Shown: one piece after another, positions 52,301-62,162 of the stretch
Layout of the letters: each line of letters opens with the position of its first letter
Numbering within the stretch: the first letter of the stretch is position 1
Assembly (NCBI RefSeq): GCF_030144855.1
Contig: NC_082707.1
Location: forward strand, 84,692,001 to 84,756,000
DNA: 64,000 nucleotides
DNA from: Hypanus sabinus
Taxonomy: Eukaryota
Reading direction: 5' to 3'
Made by a program: the position numbers and the translations under genes
Notes under the pieces: generated by a model
Seen by the model: the letters and a program-made list of their open reading frames with translations, nothing else
Told to the model about the DNA's origin: nothing
Databases searched by the model: none

Positions 52301-55300
52301 CTTTGAAACATTACAATGGTGTTAACTGAAGTGATAAGCAAATTAAAAACTTAAAAAGGAAAGGAAACATAATGTGAGGTGTTGGAGAAGCAAGAAGGAT
52401 AACCATCGAGGAACTTAAAAACGCGTTAGTCATTGTAAGTCTTGACATATTCCTCAAAGGAGGAAGTTTCAACAGCTTTCTTGCAATAGAGTTATTTATC
52501 TTTGACCATACCATCAACAGAAAGAAAAACACAAATACAGGCCAACAGGCAATAAGAGGTCATTAAATAAGGAATGGGGTAAATAGAAAAGAGATGCTGA
52601 AAAGACAGTTCTATTAGATCTCCTGTATAAATGATGACACTTCGGTCTCAGGATGAGAGAAATAAGCAGGCATAAGCAGCAAAGAGTACTTTGCAAATTC
52701 AATAAATGAGTTAAGAAAATACAGAGCGACGAATAATGTACACCTTTAACTTAATTGGTCGCAATTAAAGGGTTCACATCAAATTATAAAAGCATTAAAA
52801 TTCAGTACTCAAAGCAGACAGTTTCAGATAATGATTTACCATGAGTTAGTGAATGCTTTTTCTCCCAATGAGTTAGTCAATAGACAGCAAGGAAACTGTT
52901 TATAACAAAATACCTCAAAGTATGATGTGTCTTTTTCTGCAATGACTGACTTATCCTGGTAGCATAAAGGATAACATACTGTAACTTACTGTTACTCCTT
53001 GAGACTATAGCCTGGTGTTATATGGTACAGTTCAGAAGCTCTCAGCACTGGACTATATAGTACTGAGTGCTCTTCAAGGTTCAGTAATACACACTATAAA
53101 GAGTCATCAGCATTTATTAAAATCATTCCAAAACAATCTAGGATGGAGAATTGGGGAAATAATGCATTCATCAACAATACTGCCATCCTAGCTTTAAGAA
53201 CACTTTTCACTTACTCATCCTCAGATTCACTGTCACTGCCAAACAGACCAGATTCAGCTTTCTGAGAGGGCTGCTTATTTTCCTCATCACTGTCAGATAA
53301 GATAGCCTTGGACTCTTTTCCTGGTGCAGCATCACTGTCGGAATCCTCACCAGCAGAAAGGATGTGTTTTTTCTTAGCACCTGTATCACTGTCTGAGTTG
53401 GAGTCCTCATCGTCTGAAACAATGCGCTTTTCCTTCGGAGCAGAATCGCTTTCTGAACCATCACCATCAGAGAAGACCCGCTTTTTCCTTACACCCACAT
53501 TGCTATCAGAATCCTCAGCATCGGAAACAACCTGCTTTTTTACACGAGTGTTTGAGTCACTGTCCGAGTCATCATCAGAAGCTATTTGCTTGGCCTTTGA
53601 AGTGTTAGCACTGCTGTCAGAATCGTCGTCTGAAATGATCCTCTTTACTGGAGCAACTTCGGCTTCACTGTCTGACTCCTGGCTTCCTGAGACAGCCTGC
53701 TTTCTCTTTATGTCACCAGCTTCACTATCCAATTCCTCCCTATCAGAGTCATTGACAGTTTTCTTGGTGGGAGCAACGTCACTGTCCGAATCCTCACTGT
53801 CTGACATCAAACGTGTTTTCTTTGCAGCTGTGGGGGGGAGAAATATAGCATCTTATTTAGACTAGCCCTATTAACTGCAGCAGGTTGTTAACCATTTCAA
53901 AGACTTAACTGTTCTCTGGATGATAAGAAAGTACTTTGATGGGCTCACCACATAGCCTTCTCAAAAGATTATTCATCCTTAGATGTAGTTGTTACTATAG
54001 CGAGTGATGGAAGGTTCCACACATAATCATTTGATAAACGTTTATTTTAAATAATGCATATAAAAGCTGCCGTCATCCCTGTTGGATACTCACATTTATT
54101 CTCTACTTCTTTCTCATCCTCACTATCAGGAAGCACTGACTTCTTCCTTTTCACTGAAATAGAAAAGCAATACATTTAGACATGGAACTGGTTGGTATTC
54201 AGACCATCACTTTATCACATCATTCATAAAATCCACTTCCCCTTCTCTTTTCTGATACAAAATCCTTTAGTTGAATTTTCAAAGGTAACTAAACGGAACT
54301 GTTGGACAACTACATTCAAAGACTTGATCAACAGTAAGTTGAACTCAGTAAGGAAACTGGATACTATAGCTAGAATCAGAGAGAAAAAAAATCTGTTGAG
54401 AATTCTTGGTCTTCAGCACAATTTTTTTGGACGGTGCGATGGCACAGTTAACGGACCTGCTGCCACTCAGCTCCAGAAATCACATTTAATCCTAACCTCT
54501 GGTGCTATCTTGTGGAATTTGCACCTCCTGTGTTAACCAGGTTTCTCCCAGAGTGGTCAAGTTTCCTTTCACATTTCAAACGTGGCCTGGTCGGCTGCTG
54601 CAATTACCCTTGGTATTGGAGGGCACTAAGAAAATTGGAGTGGTAATAATGACCAATGGATAATGGATAGTAATGGATAGAAACAAAATGATATTGGAAC
54701 CTACAACTTCACAGATCTCTGAATTGCCTATACACATTCTCATACCTATCAAAATGAGATTAAATGTTTACTGCCTCAAGCAACTGTATATTCAATAGAT
54801 ACATTATGTTTATGAATAGCTCAATAAAATAAATCACTAAATGTCAAATGCATCTAAATTCTGCTTGCATGCTTCAAAAGCATGTTTGATTTAACTTATG
54901 GACAGTGAATCAACTCAGTTCAAAGTAAACATGCTTCTAGGCTGCAGCCCTTGACAGAACTTATTCGCCAATTATAAGAGGGATTAAGGAATTGGTTGGG
55001 CTTCACTCGTAGGTTTAACAGTACTGAGGGAGGCACTAGAAGGCAATGATATACATACAGCTTAAGAAAATTATGAGCCAATTAATCCTTTTAGTGTTTG
55101 GTGATGCTAATTCTGTTATCGTTAATATTGCTCATCTTTGCTGGTTTTGCAATGAAAGATCAAATATACTTCCCCCCCACCCCAACTTGGAACTTGATTA
55201 TCTGGAAGCATGCCATACATCATTAATTCCCTCACCCAATCTCTTAGTGGTTTGTTTTTCGAATAGCAGCCACAGGTTCTACTATGAATTTCACACCAGC

Positions 55301-58300
55301 TGTAGAAATTATACCATGCTCCAAACTAAATACGTGTAAAGCCACAACTGATCTGCTGACATCTGAAAATAGGGGCAATGTCAATGCTTCATCCAAGTGA
55401 GTCCTTGACAGATGGGCTCTCTGTACAAGAATAGAGCACACTACCATAGAGCCAATGCTATTCTCACTGAACATAATGAGATCTCCTACAAAAAAACCAC
55501 TTGGTTTGACAATCAGCATTTTTATTTCTCTCCAATGCAGACTCAGCAGGTCACACTTTACCTACCTTAGATCCAGGGACAACATAAAATATTCAAACAT
55601 AAATCCTGAGACCATAAATCTATGCTAGCCTACTGTGTACTTCTGAAGTGCATAAATATTCAACAATTATAGTTATTATCCATTTTAATTTAACTTATGA
55701 TACTACAAGGGACAAGTTAAGCATTAAGGACAGAAAAGACAAAATTCTGTTTTGAAACCATAAGCTAAGCTGAGAAATACTGGTACAACATATTGAAAAT
55801 AAAAATACAATCTACATAGATTCTATTTATGTGACTACTCTACTGAAACAGTATAACAAATTTAATAATAGAATATTAAATCATCATATCAGAATGACTC
55901 TAAATAACAGACTGCTGAACATATTACAGAACCTCATCAAGATAGAATTTAGGATACCATAAAATGAAGGAGACATCCAGGCCTTAGGATGGTTTGTAGA
56001 AGGAAGAAAATATCTTCTCCATTTTCAGCAATAATATAAACAACAGCATTAAGTACCTGTTTTTTTATTCTCCTCCTGCTCATCATCACTTTTGGAAGCC
56101 CTGAGAGGGCCAGGACTGTCATTATCACTGGCTCCTCTGCTCTCATGTTGTGCAGGTGACATTCGTCCATCCTTTTCACTGTCTGTGTCATTCAGTCGAT
56201 CGTGGTTCTCTTCATGCTCTCCTCCACTTCCTTCATTTGTGAAGTGATTCTCTTTATCGCTACCTGCTTCATCATCTGATTGTTCAATATTGCAACCACT
56301 TTTGTTCTTTTCATTCTCAGAATCAGAGCTAACATTATTTTCCCCTCTGCTTTCTGGATGGCCTGGACCATCACTGTCTTCTGCATCACTTTGATCTTCC
56401 TTGTGACTTTCGTCCTGAAACAAGACCAAAATCAAAACTTACAATAATTGGGGTTTTAAAAAAGATCTATTAACATAATTAACATATGCTATTTCAGAGA
56501 ATGAAAAAACAAAAAGAATGTGAGGGTGGGGAAGAGAAATCAGAGGGAACATTATGAAGAGCAATATCAAATCTTTGCTAAAACAATGAATTAGTTAAGA
56601 CTTGTAAATGTAGAAACAGAGGTGTCTAGCCAAGGAGCTTCAGAGATTAATATGCTGCAGTCACTGGTGAGACAAGAAGATAAGGTGGAAATGTCCAAAG
56701 AACATTGCTGGAGGACAAGATAAAAGGCTGGAAAAGATTGAAGGCAGAACGAGGGTGAACACTAAAATAAAAACGAGAGTTGGGCCATTCAGTTTTGTAA
56801 GCCTACACTCTCACAAGAGCCTGGCTAATCATCCACTTGCTCACTTTCCTGCTCAATACCTAGATCCCCCTAACACGCAAAAATGAGTGGTCTTAAGTAT
56901 ACCCAACAAATGAATATCTATTGCCCAGTTATAGAAAATGCAAAAAATCTTAATCTTCCACAAAGGAAATTAGTATTAACAAGTTTACACCTTGTCCTTT
57001 AACTCCATACATCCCATTTCTAGACTCTCCACCAAGATGAAAATCTCTCAGAATCTAATTTACAAATCATTTACAACACACTGTATATTCAAATATAATC
57101 ACTCATTCTCCTTGAACAAATAAACCTAAACATGCCTTTTTTTCATTTTTAGAATCTTTTTAATATATAATCTTCTACAACTATAGAATAATACACTTCA
57201 AAAAATTAATATGTATACAATAGAGCTGAAAAAACTAATTGTAATATATAAAAATGAAAAAAAAGTTATATATAGAAAAAGAAAGAACCCCATCTAAGGA
57301 AAAAAAAAAACCATTAGGAATCAATCCCCGGAAGCAATACGTTTAACCATCATCTAGATCGGGGGTCGGCAACCCGCTGCTCCGGAGCCACATGTGGCTC
57401 TTTTACGTCTGTGCTGCGGCTCCCTGTTGCTTTGAGAAATAATTGGTTGTGGCGACCCTTTTCCTGGCACATCCGAACCGACTCACAATTAGATAGCCTA
57501 CGGGGGTTTGCGAGCACAGAGCTTTGGAGCCTCTGCGCCATGGGGGCAGGTTGAGGGAGGCTTAAAAGTGAGGCTGAAGATTTCGAATAAAGTTTTTCCT
57601 TCGACTGCAGTTACTGACTCCGTGTCGTAATTTTAGCGCTGCGTGTAGCACACCGCTACATGGTCAGTATTTAATTAAAATGTATTTTATGTTGGTTTGT
57701 TAGTTTTTGAAATGTAAATCTAAATTTGAAGATTATGGTGATCTTGTACAATCTAAATAAGACGTTGTGGCGACCCATTTCCTGACACATCCGAACCGGC
57801 TCACAATTAGCCAGCGTTCAGGCTAAGGGAGATAGCCTACGGGGGTTTGTGAGTACGTGTCTTTTGCAGCATCCGCGCCCATGGGGGGCGGGTTGAGGGA
57901 GGCTTAAAAGCAAGGCTGTTTAGTTCGAATAAAGCTATCTTTGACTGCAGTTTACTGACTGCGTGTAGCACACCGCTACAACGTGTTTTTAATCGCTGGC
58001 TGTCCAGAGGGGAGGTGCTGAAACGCTTTGTCACGTGTCTGGAAGAAGTGAAAACTTTCCTGGGCAGCAAAGGGCTCACCTTTCCTGAGCTGGAACAGCC
58101 AGAGTGGCTGGAAAAGCTACACTTCATGGTAGACATGACAGCGCACCTGAACACGCTGAACACAGCTCTTCAACGGGGTAAGGACGTACAGCCCTGCACA
58201 TGTTGGAGGATGTTTTGGCATTCGAGCGCAAGTTGACAGTGCTTGCCAGAGATTTACAGAAAGGCACATTGTCTCACTTCCCCAATTTGAGAGAGTTCAA

Positions 58301-61264
58301 ACAAGGTCACGACTTGATAAATTCGGAGTATTTACATTCTGCAATCATCGCAATGCAAACATCGTTTGGGAAACGCTTCTGTGAGTTCAGAGAGGAAAAA
58401 AACACATTATCCTTCCCGGTCACTCCCCTAAGCATCGATCCATCCCTACTGAATACGACTGCATTGTCAGGTGTGAGTCAACCTGAACAAGGTTGATAAA
58501 TATTTTAATTGCCTATTATTTTGCGTACATTCATATGTTTTCATTGTTCAGTGAAATAGTCCTTTTATTTTTCAGGTTGACAGCTGGCTGACGTTATTTT
58601 TGGTTTGCTGCTGGCGGCAAATTTAAGTTTGGTGTTTTTCATAAATACAAGAAGGACTCAAATAGACATTGAGTATTTTACTTAAAAGTAACCTTCAACC
58701 CAACGTCTTTTTTTCGGAGGTCAAAATGTTTTTGTTGCATGCAGAAATGTAATTTCGTTTTCTCTGCAGGAGTTCATCAATTTCATAAATGCAACACATT
58801 ATAGTTTGTTTATACATAGCATAAAGGCAAAACAAAACATTGTATGCAGTGTTATTTCATTTTAAATGTCAAACGGGTTTTGCGGCTCCCAGTGTTTTCT
58901 TTTCTGTGGGAAACGGGTCCAAGTGGCTCTTTCAGTGGTAAAGGTTGCTGACCCCTGATCTAGATAAATAAAAAGTCATCAACTGCCAATTCACATTTTT
59001 AAAAAAAGATAATAAAATTGAACAGAAACAATATAGAATAATTCAAATTAACTGGTAATATTTGGCAAAAGAACCCCATCTTCTCTCGAAATCAAATCGA
59101 GGTTCAAAAGTTCTACTAATTTTTTCCAAGCTGAGACATAACATTACTTGAGAAAACCATTCAATTAATGTCGGGGAAGAGATATCTTGCTATTTTAATA
59201 AAATAGCCCTTCTTTCCAACAATGTAACAAATGCAATTACATGTTGATCTGAAGATGAAATACCCTGAATATGATGCGGAAGTATTCCAAATAGAACAGT
59301 TAGTCTATTAGGTTGTAAGTTAATTTTCAAAGCTTTAGAGATTGTAGAAAATAAAGATTTCCAAAACAGTTTTAATGAAGAACATGACCAGAACATATGT
59401 GACAAAGTAGCTACTTCACATCTATCACAGTAATTATCTACACTAGGAAATATTTTAGATAGTCTCTCCTTTGTTAAATAATAACGATGGACAATTTTAA
59501 ATTGAATTAAACAGTCATTGGCACATATAGCAGAAGAATTTACATTTTTCAAAATTCGAACCCAATCTTCATTCACAAAGGTCATATTAAGTTCTCTCTC
59601 CCAATCTTGTTTAATCTTTAGTGATAGGTTCTCTTTTGTAACAAAATAAATTCTGCTAATGGAACCTTTCACGAAGGGATTCAATTTCAGAATGGTATCC
59701 AACAAATCAGATTCTTGTAAATATGGAAACTTAGGTAAATATTGTTGTAAAAAATTTCTAACCTGAAAATATTGCAAAAAATGTGTATGAGCGAGAGTAT
59801 TTCTTAATTAACTCTTCAAAAGTCATCAATTGACCATCACAAAATAAATCTGTAAAAAAATGGATCCCTTTATTTTTCCATAGGAGAAAAGTGGGGTAGA
59901 TTATTGAAAATTTAATTGAAAAGTTTCGATATAATAAACTAGACAACTTAAATTGTTTAAAATTTTAAAAATTGCGAAACTGAATCCAAATGCATGCACA
60001 AAATATGTCATACATCTTGGATCTGACTTTAAAAAAAACATCAGGCAGACATGTCCATTTACGTAATGTTATAATGACCCCGCATAGCGCGGACTTACAT
60101 AGTGCTCCACCTCCACGGAATGCACCCTCAGCGTCACGAGGGACCAAAGTATATTAGTTATTGGAAACAGGGTTGAGCATGTTTGATCCACACAGTACAG
60201 CAGGTAATGCCTTTATCAGTAGCAAAATTTTCCTCCTCTAAATATACATGTTCCATGCTTAAAGTTTTAGTAACCAAATAAGCTGTAAAAACATATGTCA
60301 AGAACCAAAGCATATGTTGCCCAAATTCAAAACAGAGTGCTTCACAGAACAAAACATTCCAAAGGAATACTCAGAGGACTAATCTGACAAAAAATAAATG
60401 CAGATCCAGAAAAAAATCTATTAGGAAACACTTCCTTCATTTGTATATGTCGCATTCAATACTCTCAATATGGCTTCCTCTACATTGGCGAGATAAGGCA
60501 CAGACAAGGTGACTATAATGATATGTGGGTTTTTGTCAAGTGCTTTGGTCCCTCCCCCCCGCACAATACAAAGATGTACCAGATAGGTCATAGTAAATTT
60601 TCCCATGGTTATGTCGGGGTTAAGTCCGGGGTTGCTGGGCACCAATAAATAAATAAATAAAGCATGCCTGAAACCCACTAACCCCAACCTAATTATTTCA
60701 CTATGATCTTACTTAATGGCAAACAGGTTTGAGTGGTTGTGTAGTCTATTCATGCTTCTAATTCGTGCATTTGTATGTTCAAGAGCAACTGTGCGGATAA
60801 CAGTATCTCAGAGAGAGGCCATCTACCAACGATTTTCTTCAGGCCTTTCCCACTTCCACCCATCTCCTCCCAGCTTCTTACATTATTCCCCCTCCCCCAC
60901 CTGCCTATCAAGACCATCTCACCTGGACCTACTAGCTCTTGCACCACCCCTCCCCCCACCTTTTTACATAGGCCATCTTCCTTCTTTCTTTTCAGTCCCG
61001 ATGAAGCGTCTTGACCCAAAATGTCAACTGTTCATTTCTTTCTATTCATGGTGCCAGAGCTCCCGAACTCCTCCAGCCTCCCGTGTTGCTTGACATGATG
61101 ACAATGCTGGAGCAGAGTGCGATAGGATCAAGATGGCAAGTCTCTCACCTCAGTATGATGACCTATACTGCTGCCTTCAGATGCTGCACAGTGTTCAGTT
61201 GAGTCTTCCTGATCATCAGAGCCTGAATTATGTTCATCCTGTACTGGCGTTGCTCCACCATCAT
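16249..61264 (-). CDS. IWS1: IWS1 (SPT6-interacting Pol II elongation factor), coding exons 2-15, 5'-partial, 2216 coding nt visible
   Basis: Fourteen GT-AG exons splice in frame from [11 protein letters not shown] through an acidic/Ser-rich region, FG motifs and the TFIIS N-terminal-like domain ([34 protein letters not shown]) to [11 protein letters not shown], closely matching human IWS1. Confidence 0.97.
18323..18434 (-). CDS. IWS1: IWS1 exon 14 ([37 protein letters not shown])
   Basis: tttag| and |gtgagt, 112 nt, phase 2-0. Confidence 0.95.
18681..18737 (-). CDS. IWS1: IWS1 exon 13 ([19 protein letters not shown])
   Basis: ttcatag| and |gtaagt, 57 nt, phase 2-2. Confidence 0.94.
18859..18954 (-). 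mobile_element. Short Penelope-like insertion beginning at a minimal hammerhead ribozyme core
   Basis: Minus strand CTGACGA-A-GGGTCTCGGCCC-GAAA-TGTC-GACAGT; flanked by agattt(c/g)ttatgg at 18846-18858 and 18953-18965. Confidence 0.8.
19820..22985 (+). mobile_element. CR1-type LINE, long degraded copy (ORF1 remnant, endonuclease, internally deleted RT)
   Basis: ORF pieces [57 protein letters not shown]; RT deletion at ~21953. Confidence 0.9.
22990..23555 (-). mobile_element. Degraded CR1-type 3' fragment
   Basis: Similar to the minus-strand CR1 3' ends at 2.3 and 3.5 kb. Confidence 0.65.
23790..23889 (-). mobile_element. Short Penelope-like insertion beginning at a minimal hammerhead ribozyme
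   Basis: Minus strand CAGTC-CTGACGA-A-GGGTCTCGGCCC-GAAA-CATC-GACAGC; near-identical to 18859-18954. Confidence 0.82.
26640..27796. mobile_element. Non-autonomous hAT (Charlie-like) element containing a nested second hAT MITE (26777-27609)
   Basis: Outer TIRs tagtggtcaccaacc / ggttggcgaccacta with 8-bp flanks cactacag / cactggag; inner TIRs cgggggtacccatcc / ggttggggaccactg; CpG-rich. Confidence 0.85.
28305..28416 (-). CDS. IWS1: IWS1 exon 12 ([37 protein letters not shown])
   Basis: taccag| and |gtagtt, 112 nt, phase 1-2. Confidence 0.94.
29049..29166 (-). CDS. IWS1: IWS1 exon 11 ([39 protein letters not shown])
   Basis: gtacag| and |gtatgt, 118 nt, phase 0-1. Confidence 0.96.
30022..30151 (-). 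CDS. IWS1: IWS1 exon 10 ([43 protein letters not shown])
   Basis: ttgcag| and |gtaagc, 130 nt, phase 2-0. Confidence 0.96.
31861..31943 (-). CDS. IWS1: IWS1 exon 9 ([28 protein letters not shown])
   Basis: tggcag| and |gtaagt, 83 nt, phase 0-2. Confidence 0.95.
32307..35043 (-). mobile_element. Tc1/mariner DNA transposon with decayed transposase (ATG 33387-33389), interrupted by a Rex/Babar LINE
   Basis: TA flanks at 32305-32306 and 35044-35045; diverged TIRs cagaactgaaaaaaaggtcttgggc vs (rc) cagtactgtgcaaaagcttgtggc; motifs [36 protein letters not shown]. Confidence 0.9.
33413..34640 (+). mobile_element. Rex1/Babar-clade LINE, 5'-truncated
   Basis: [25 protein letters not shown]...LLYSLY, IKFVDD; aataaa followed by (caatt)n tail. 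Confidence 0.87.
36720..37245 (+). mobile_element. Old CR1-type 3' fragment
   Basis: [16 protein letters not shown]; cctactcctgctcct 3' end. Confidence 0.7.
37305..37455 (-). CDS. IWS1: IWS1 exon 8 ([15 protein letters not shown]...[26 protein letters not shown])
   Basis: ttgcag| and |gtgagt, 151 nt, phase 2-0. Confidence 0.96.
37725..37910 (+). mobile_element. SINE (HE1/V-SINE-like) 3' part
   Basis: gggtgctccggtttccttccacagtccaaag core and (aata)n tail. Confidence 0.65.
38217..38329 (-). CDS. IWS1: IWS1 exon 7 ([11 protein letters not shown]...[13 protein letters not shown])
   Basis: gctcag| and |gtaagt, 113 nt, phase 0-2. Confidence 0.93.
38571..39070 (+). mobile_element. Young CR1-type LINE 3' end
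   Basis: Uninterrupted ORF 38577..38981 (ORF2 C-terminus); (ctattgt)n tail as at 46417-46428. Confidence 0.92.
42717..42783 (-). CDS. IWS1: IWS1 exon 6 ([22 protein letters not shown])
   Basis: aaacag| and |gtacgt, 67 nt, phase 2-0; matches human [19 protein letters not shown]. Confidence 0.9.
43292..46426 (+). mobile_element. Young CR1-type LINE with near-complete ORF2 (APE endonuclease + RT), a few frameshifts, 9-bp TSD
   Basis: ORFs 43354..44115 ([19 protein letters not shown]) and 44761..46344 (527 aa; [21 protein letters not shown]); TSD ttgataagg at 43283-43291 and 46427-46435. Confidence 0.95.
46601..48652 (-). mobile_element. Penelope-like retroelement (RT + GIY-YIG endonuclease), 5'-truncated, frameshifted
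   Basis: Minus ORFs [19 protein letters not shown]...LYTSIPH (PLE RT) and [32 protein letters not shown] (GIY-YIG). Confidence 0.93.
46694..46731 (-). ncRNA. Minimal type-I hammerhead ribozyme motif in the PLE 3' region
   Basis: CAGTC/GACTG stem I, CTGATGA core, extra A, short stem II, GAAA, palindromic ACGT in place of stem III. Activity untested. Confidence 0.72.
49640..50090 (+). mobile_element. Rex1/Babar-like LINE 3' fragment
   Basis: gagcatcttaacaaactgcatcactgcttgg is homologous to 34198-34230; [12 protein letters not shown] motif. Confidence 0.65.
50097..51660 (-). mobile_element. CR1-type LINE RT-to-3' fragment
   Basis: Minus ORFs [42 protein letters not shown]. Confidence 0.9.
53215..53827 (-). 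CDS. IWS1: IWS1 exon 5 (repeat-expanded basic/acidic region ending [11 protein letters not shown])
   Basis: cccacag| and |gtaagt, 613 nt, phase 1-2; ORF 53211..53810. Confidence 0.92.
54094..54153 (-). CDS. IWS1: IWS1 exon 4 ([20 protein letters not shown])
   Basis: tttcag| and |gtgagt, 60 nt, phase 1-1; resembles human AKRKAAVLSDSEDEEK. Confidence 0.85.
54432..54615 (+). mobile_element. Degraded tRNA-derived SINE (HE1-like)
   Basis: tggcacagttaacggacctgctgccactcagctccag...atcctaacctctggtgctatc head followed by a degraded core. Confidence 0.5.
56057..56414 (-). CDS. IWS1: IWS1 exon 3 (acidic [10 protein letters not shown]...EENKKT)
   Basis: tttcag| and |gtactt, 358 nt, phase 0-1; ORF 56049..56435. 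Confidence 0.88.
57448..57660 (+). mobile_element. Solo LTR 1 (213 bp)
   Basis: TGTGGCG...CGCTACA termini, internal AATAAA, 4-bp TSD tggt (57444-57447, 57661-57664). Confidence 0.85.
57766..57980 (+). mobile_element. Solo LTR 2 (215 bp), same family
   Basis: TGTGGCG...CGCTACA termini, internal AATAAA, 4-bp TSD acgt (57762-57765, 57981-57984). Confidence 0.85.
60830..61090 (+). mobile_element. Penelope-like 3' fragment with decayed hammerhead
   Basis: C-rich PLE 3' region; cagtc-ccgatga-agcgtcttgaccc-aaaa-tgtc-aactg at 60993-61030. Confidence 0.72.
61149..61264 (-). CDS. IWS1: IWS1 exon 2 ([18 protein letters not shown]...HHTE)
   Basis: caatag| and |gtgaga, 116 nt, phase 1-0; [11 protein letters not shown] identical to the human N-terminal segment. 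Confidence 0.93.
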
Positions 61265-62162
61265 CTATTGAAAGTAAAATAACAGTTACTACCACTGTAG
61301 CACACTACCTCTGAACTCCACATAGCCAAAAATACTGCACTGGTTGTATAGCTATTCTGGAATGCCCTGAACTACAAGTTCCATTCTTTCCCTGTGATCT
61401 ATTGAACACGTGAAGGGCGAACCAATACTCACTGAACATAATGTGCCAAACTGCCTGTCGGATCTGATGATTTTCGATCCGCAGTTGTTTTGGGAGTCCA
61501 AGAATGAGTTGAAAACTTGCTGCTTTATGATTGTTTATTTAAAGTTTAAACAAAGAAACAGACCCAGTGCACAAGAAACTTAAACGAACCAAGGATAAAG
61601 ACAAAGACAAGAACAAAGATGGTAATTTTTGCAGAGACTGATACATGAATACTGAGATAAGGCCACACTCCTGAGATAAACAAATGACAATTAAAAGACA
61701 CACAATAGCACGCTCAAGACATAACTAATAAGGAAAGATGATAAACCGTTACGTAACTGTTATATCACTCTACCTCCTGTAGGTGGAATCTAACACAATA
61801 TATTGTGAAAAATACAAGTTAAAATGCAAATTATATGTTAGTAAAACTACAATTTCAATCTTGCTAAAAACATAGTAATTCAACTAATGCTTTATGAAAA
61901 ACATTAAAAAACCAACTGATTCCAAAATGCCTTATGATTGCACTATGGTCATAAAATTGCAAAACAAACAAGAAAAGTTTCTGCACTTTACATAATATCA
62001 TGGTATCATTTATGTGGACAAATAGGGATTTAATGAGCATTGATAATTGTCTGACCTTTGCTGGCAAGGCTAAGATTTAGTGAGAAAAAGCAAGCATCCT
62101 CCATTGTGAGAGTATTCCAATGCTGTTTGGCAATAAGTTTCACCCCAGATTTTGTCAAAGAA

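Larger units (their letters stand above)
57360..58957 (+). mobile_element. Internally deleted hAT (Charlie/GTF2IRD2-like) DNA transposon with perfect 8-bp TSD
   Basis: TIRs cgggggtcggcaacc / ggttgctgacccctg; TSD atctagat at 57352-57359 and 58958-58965; transposase remnant RWLSRG...LKRF...[19 protein letters not shown]. Confidence 0.93.
57136..59990 (-). mobile_element. L1-clade LINE 3' fragment interrupted by a hAT element
   Basis: ORF 59190..59777 ([26 protein letters not shown]...HMFWSC); T-rich tail at ~57136; 3' UTR split at atctagat. Confidence 0.88.

Noticed and set aside
53308-53865. 185-aa Ser-rich ORF on +
   Set aside because: Antisense shadow of the low-complexity IWS1 exon 5.
57448-57980. 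The two LTR-like repeats as paired LTRs of one miniature (TRIM-like) element
   Set aside because: Each has its own distinct TSD, they are substantially diverged, and the spacer shows no evident primer-binding site or polypurine tract.
61400-61760. Possible reverse-oriented solo LTR upstream of IWS1 exon 2
   Set aside because: No matching TG...CA ends with a TSD could be found.
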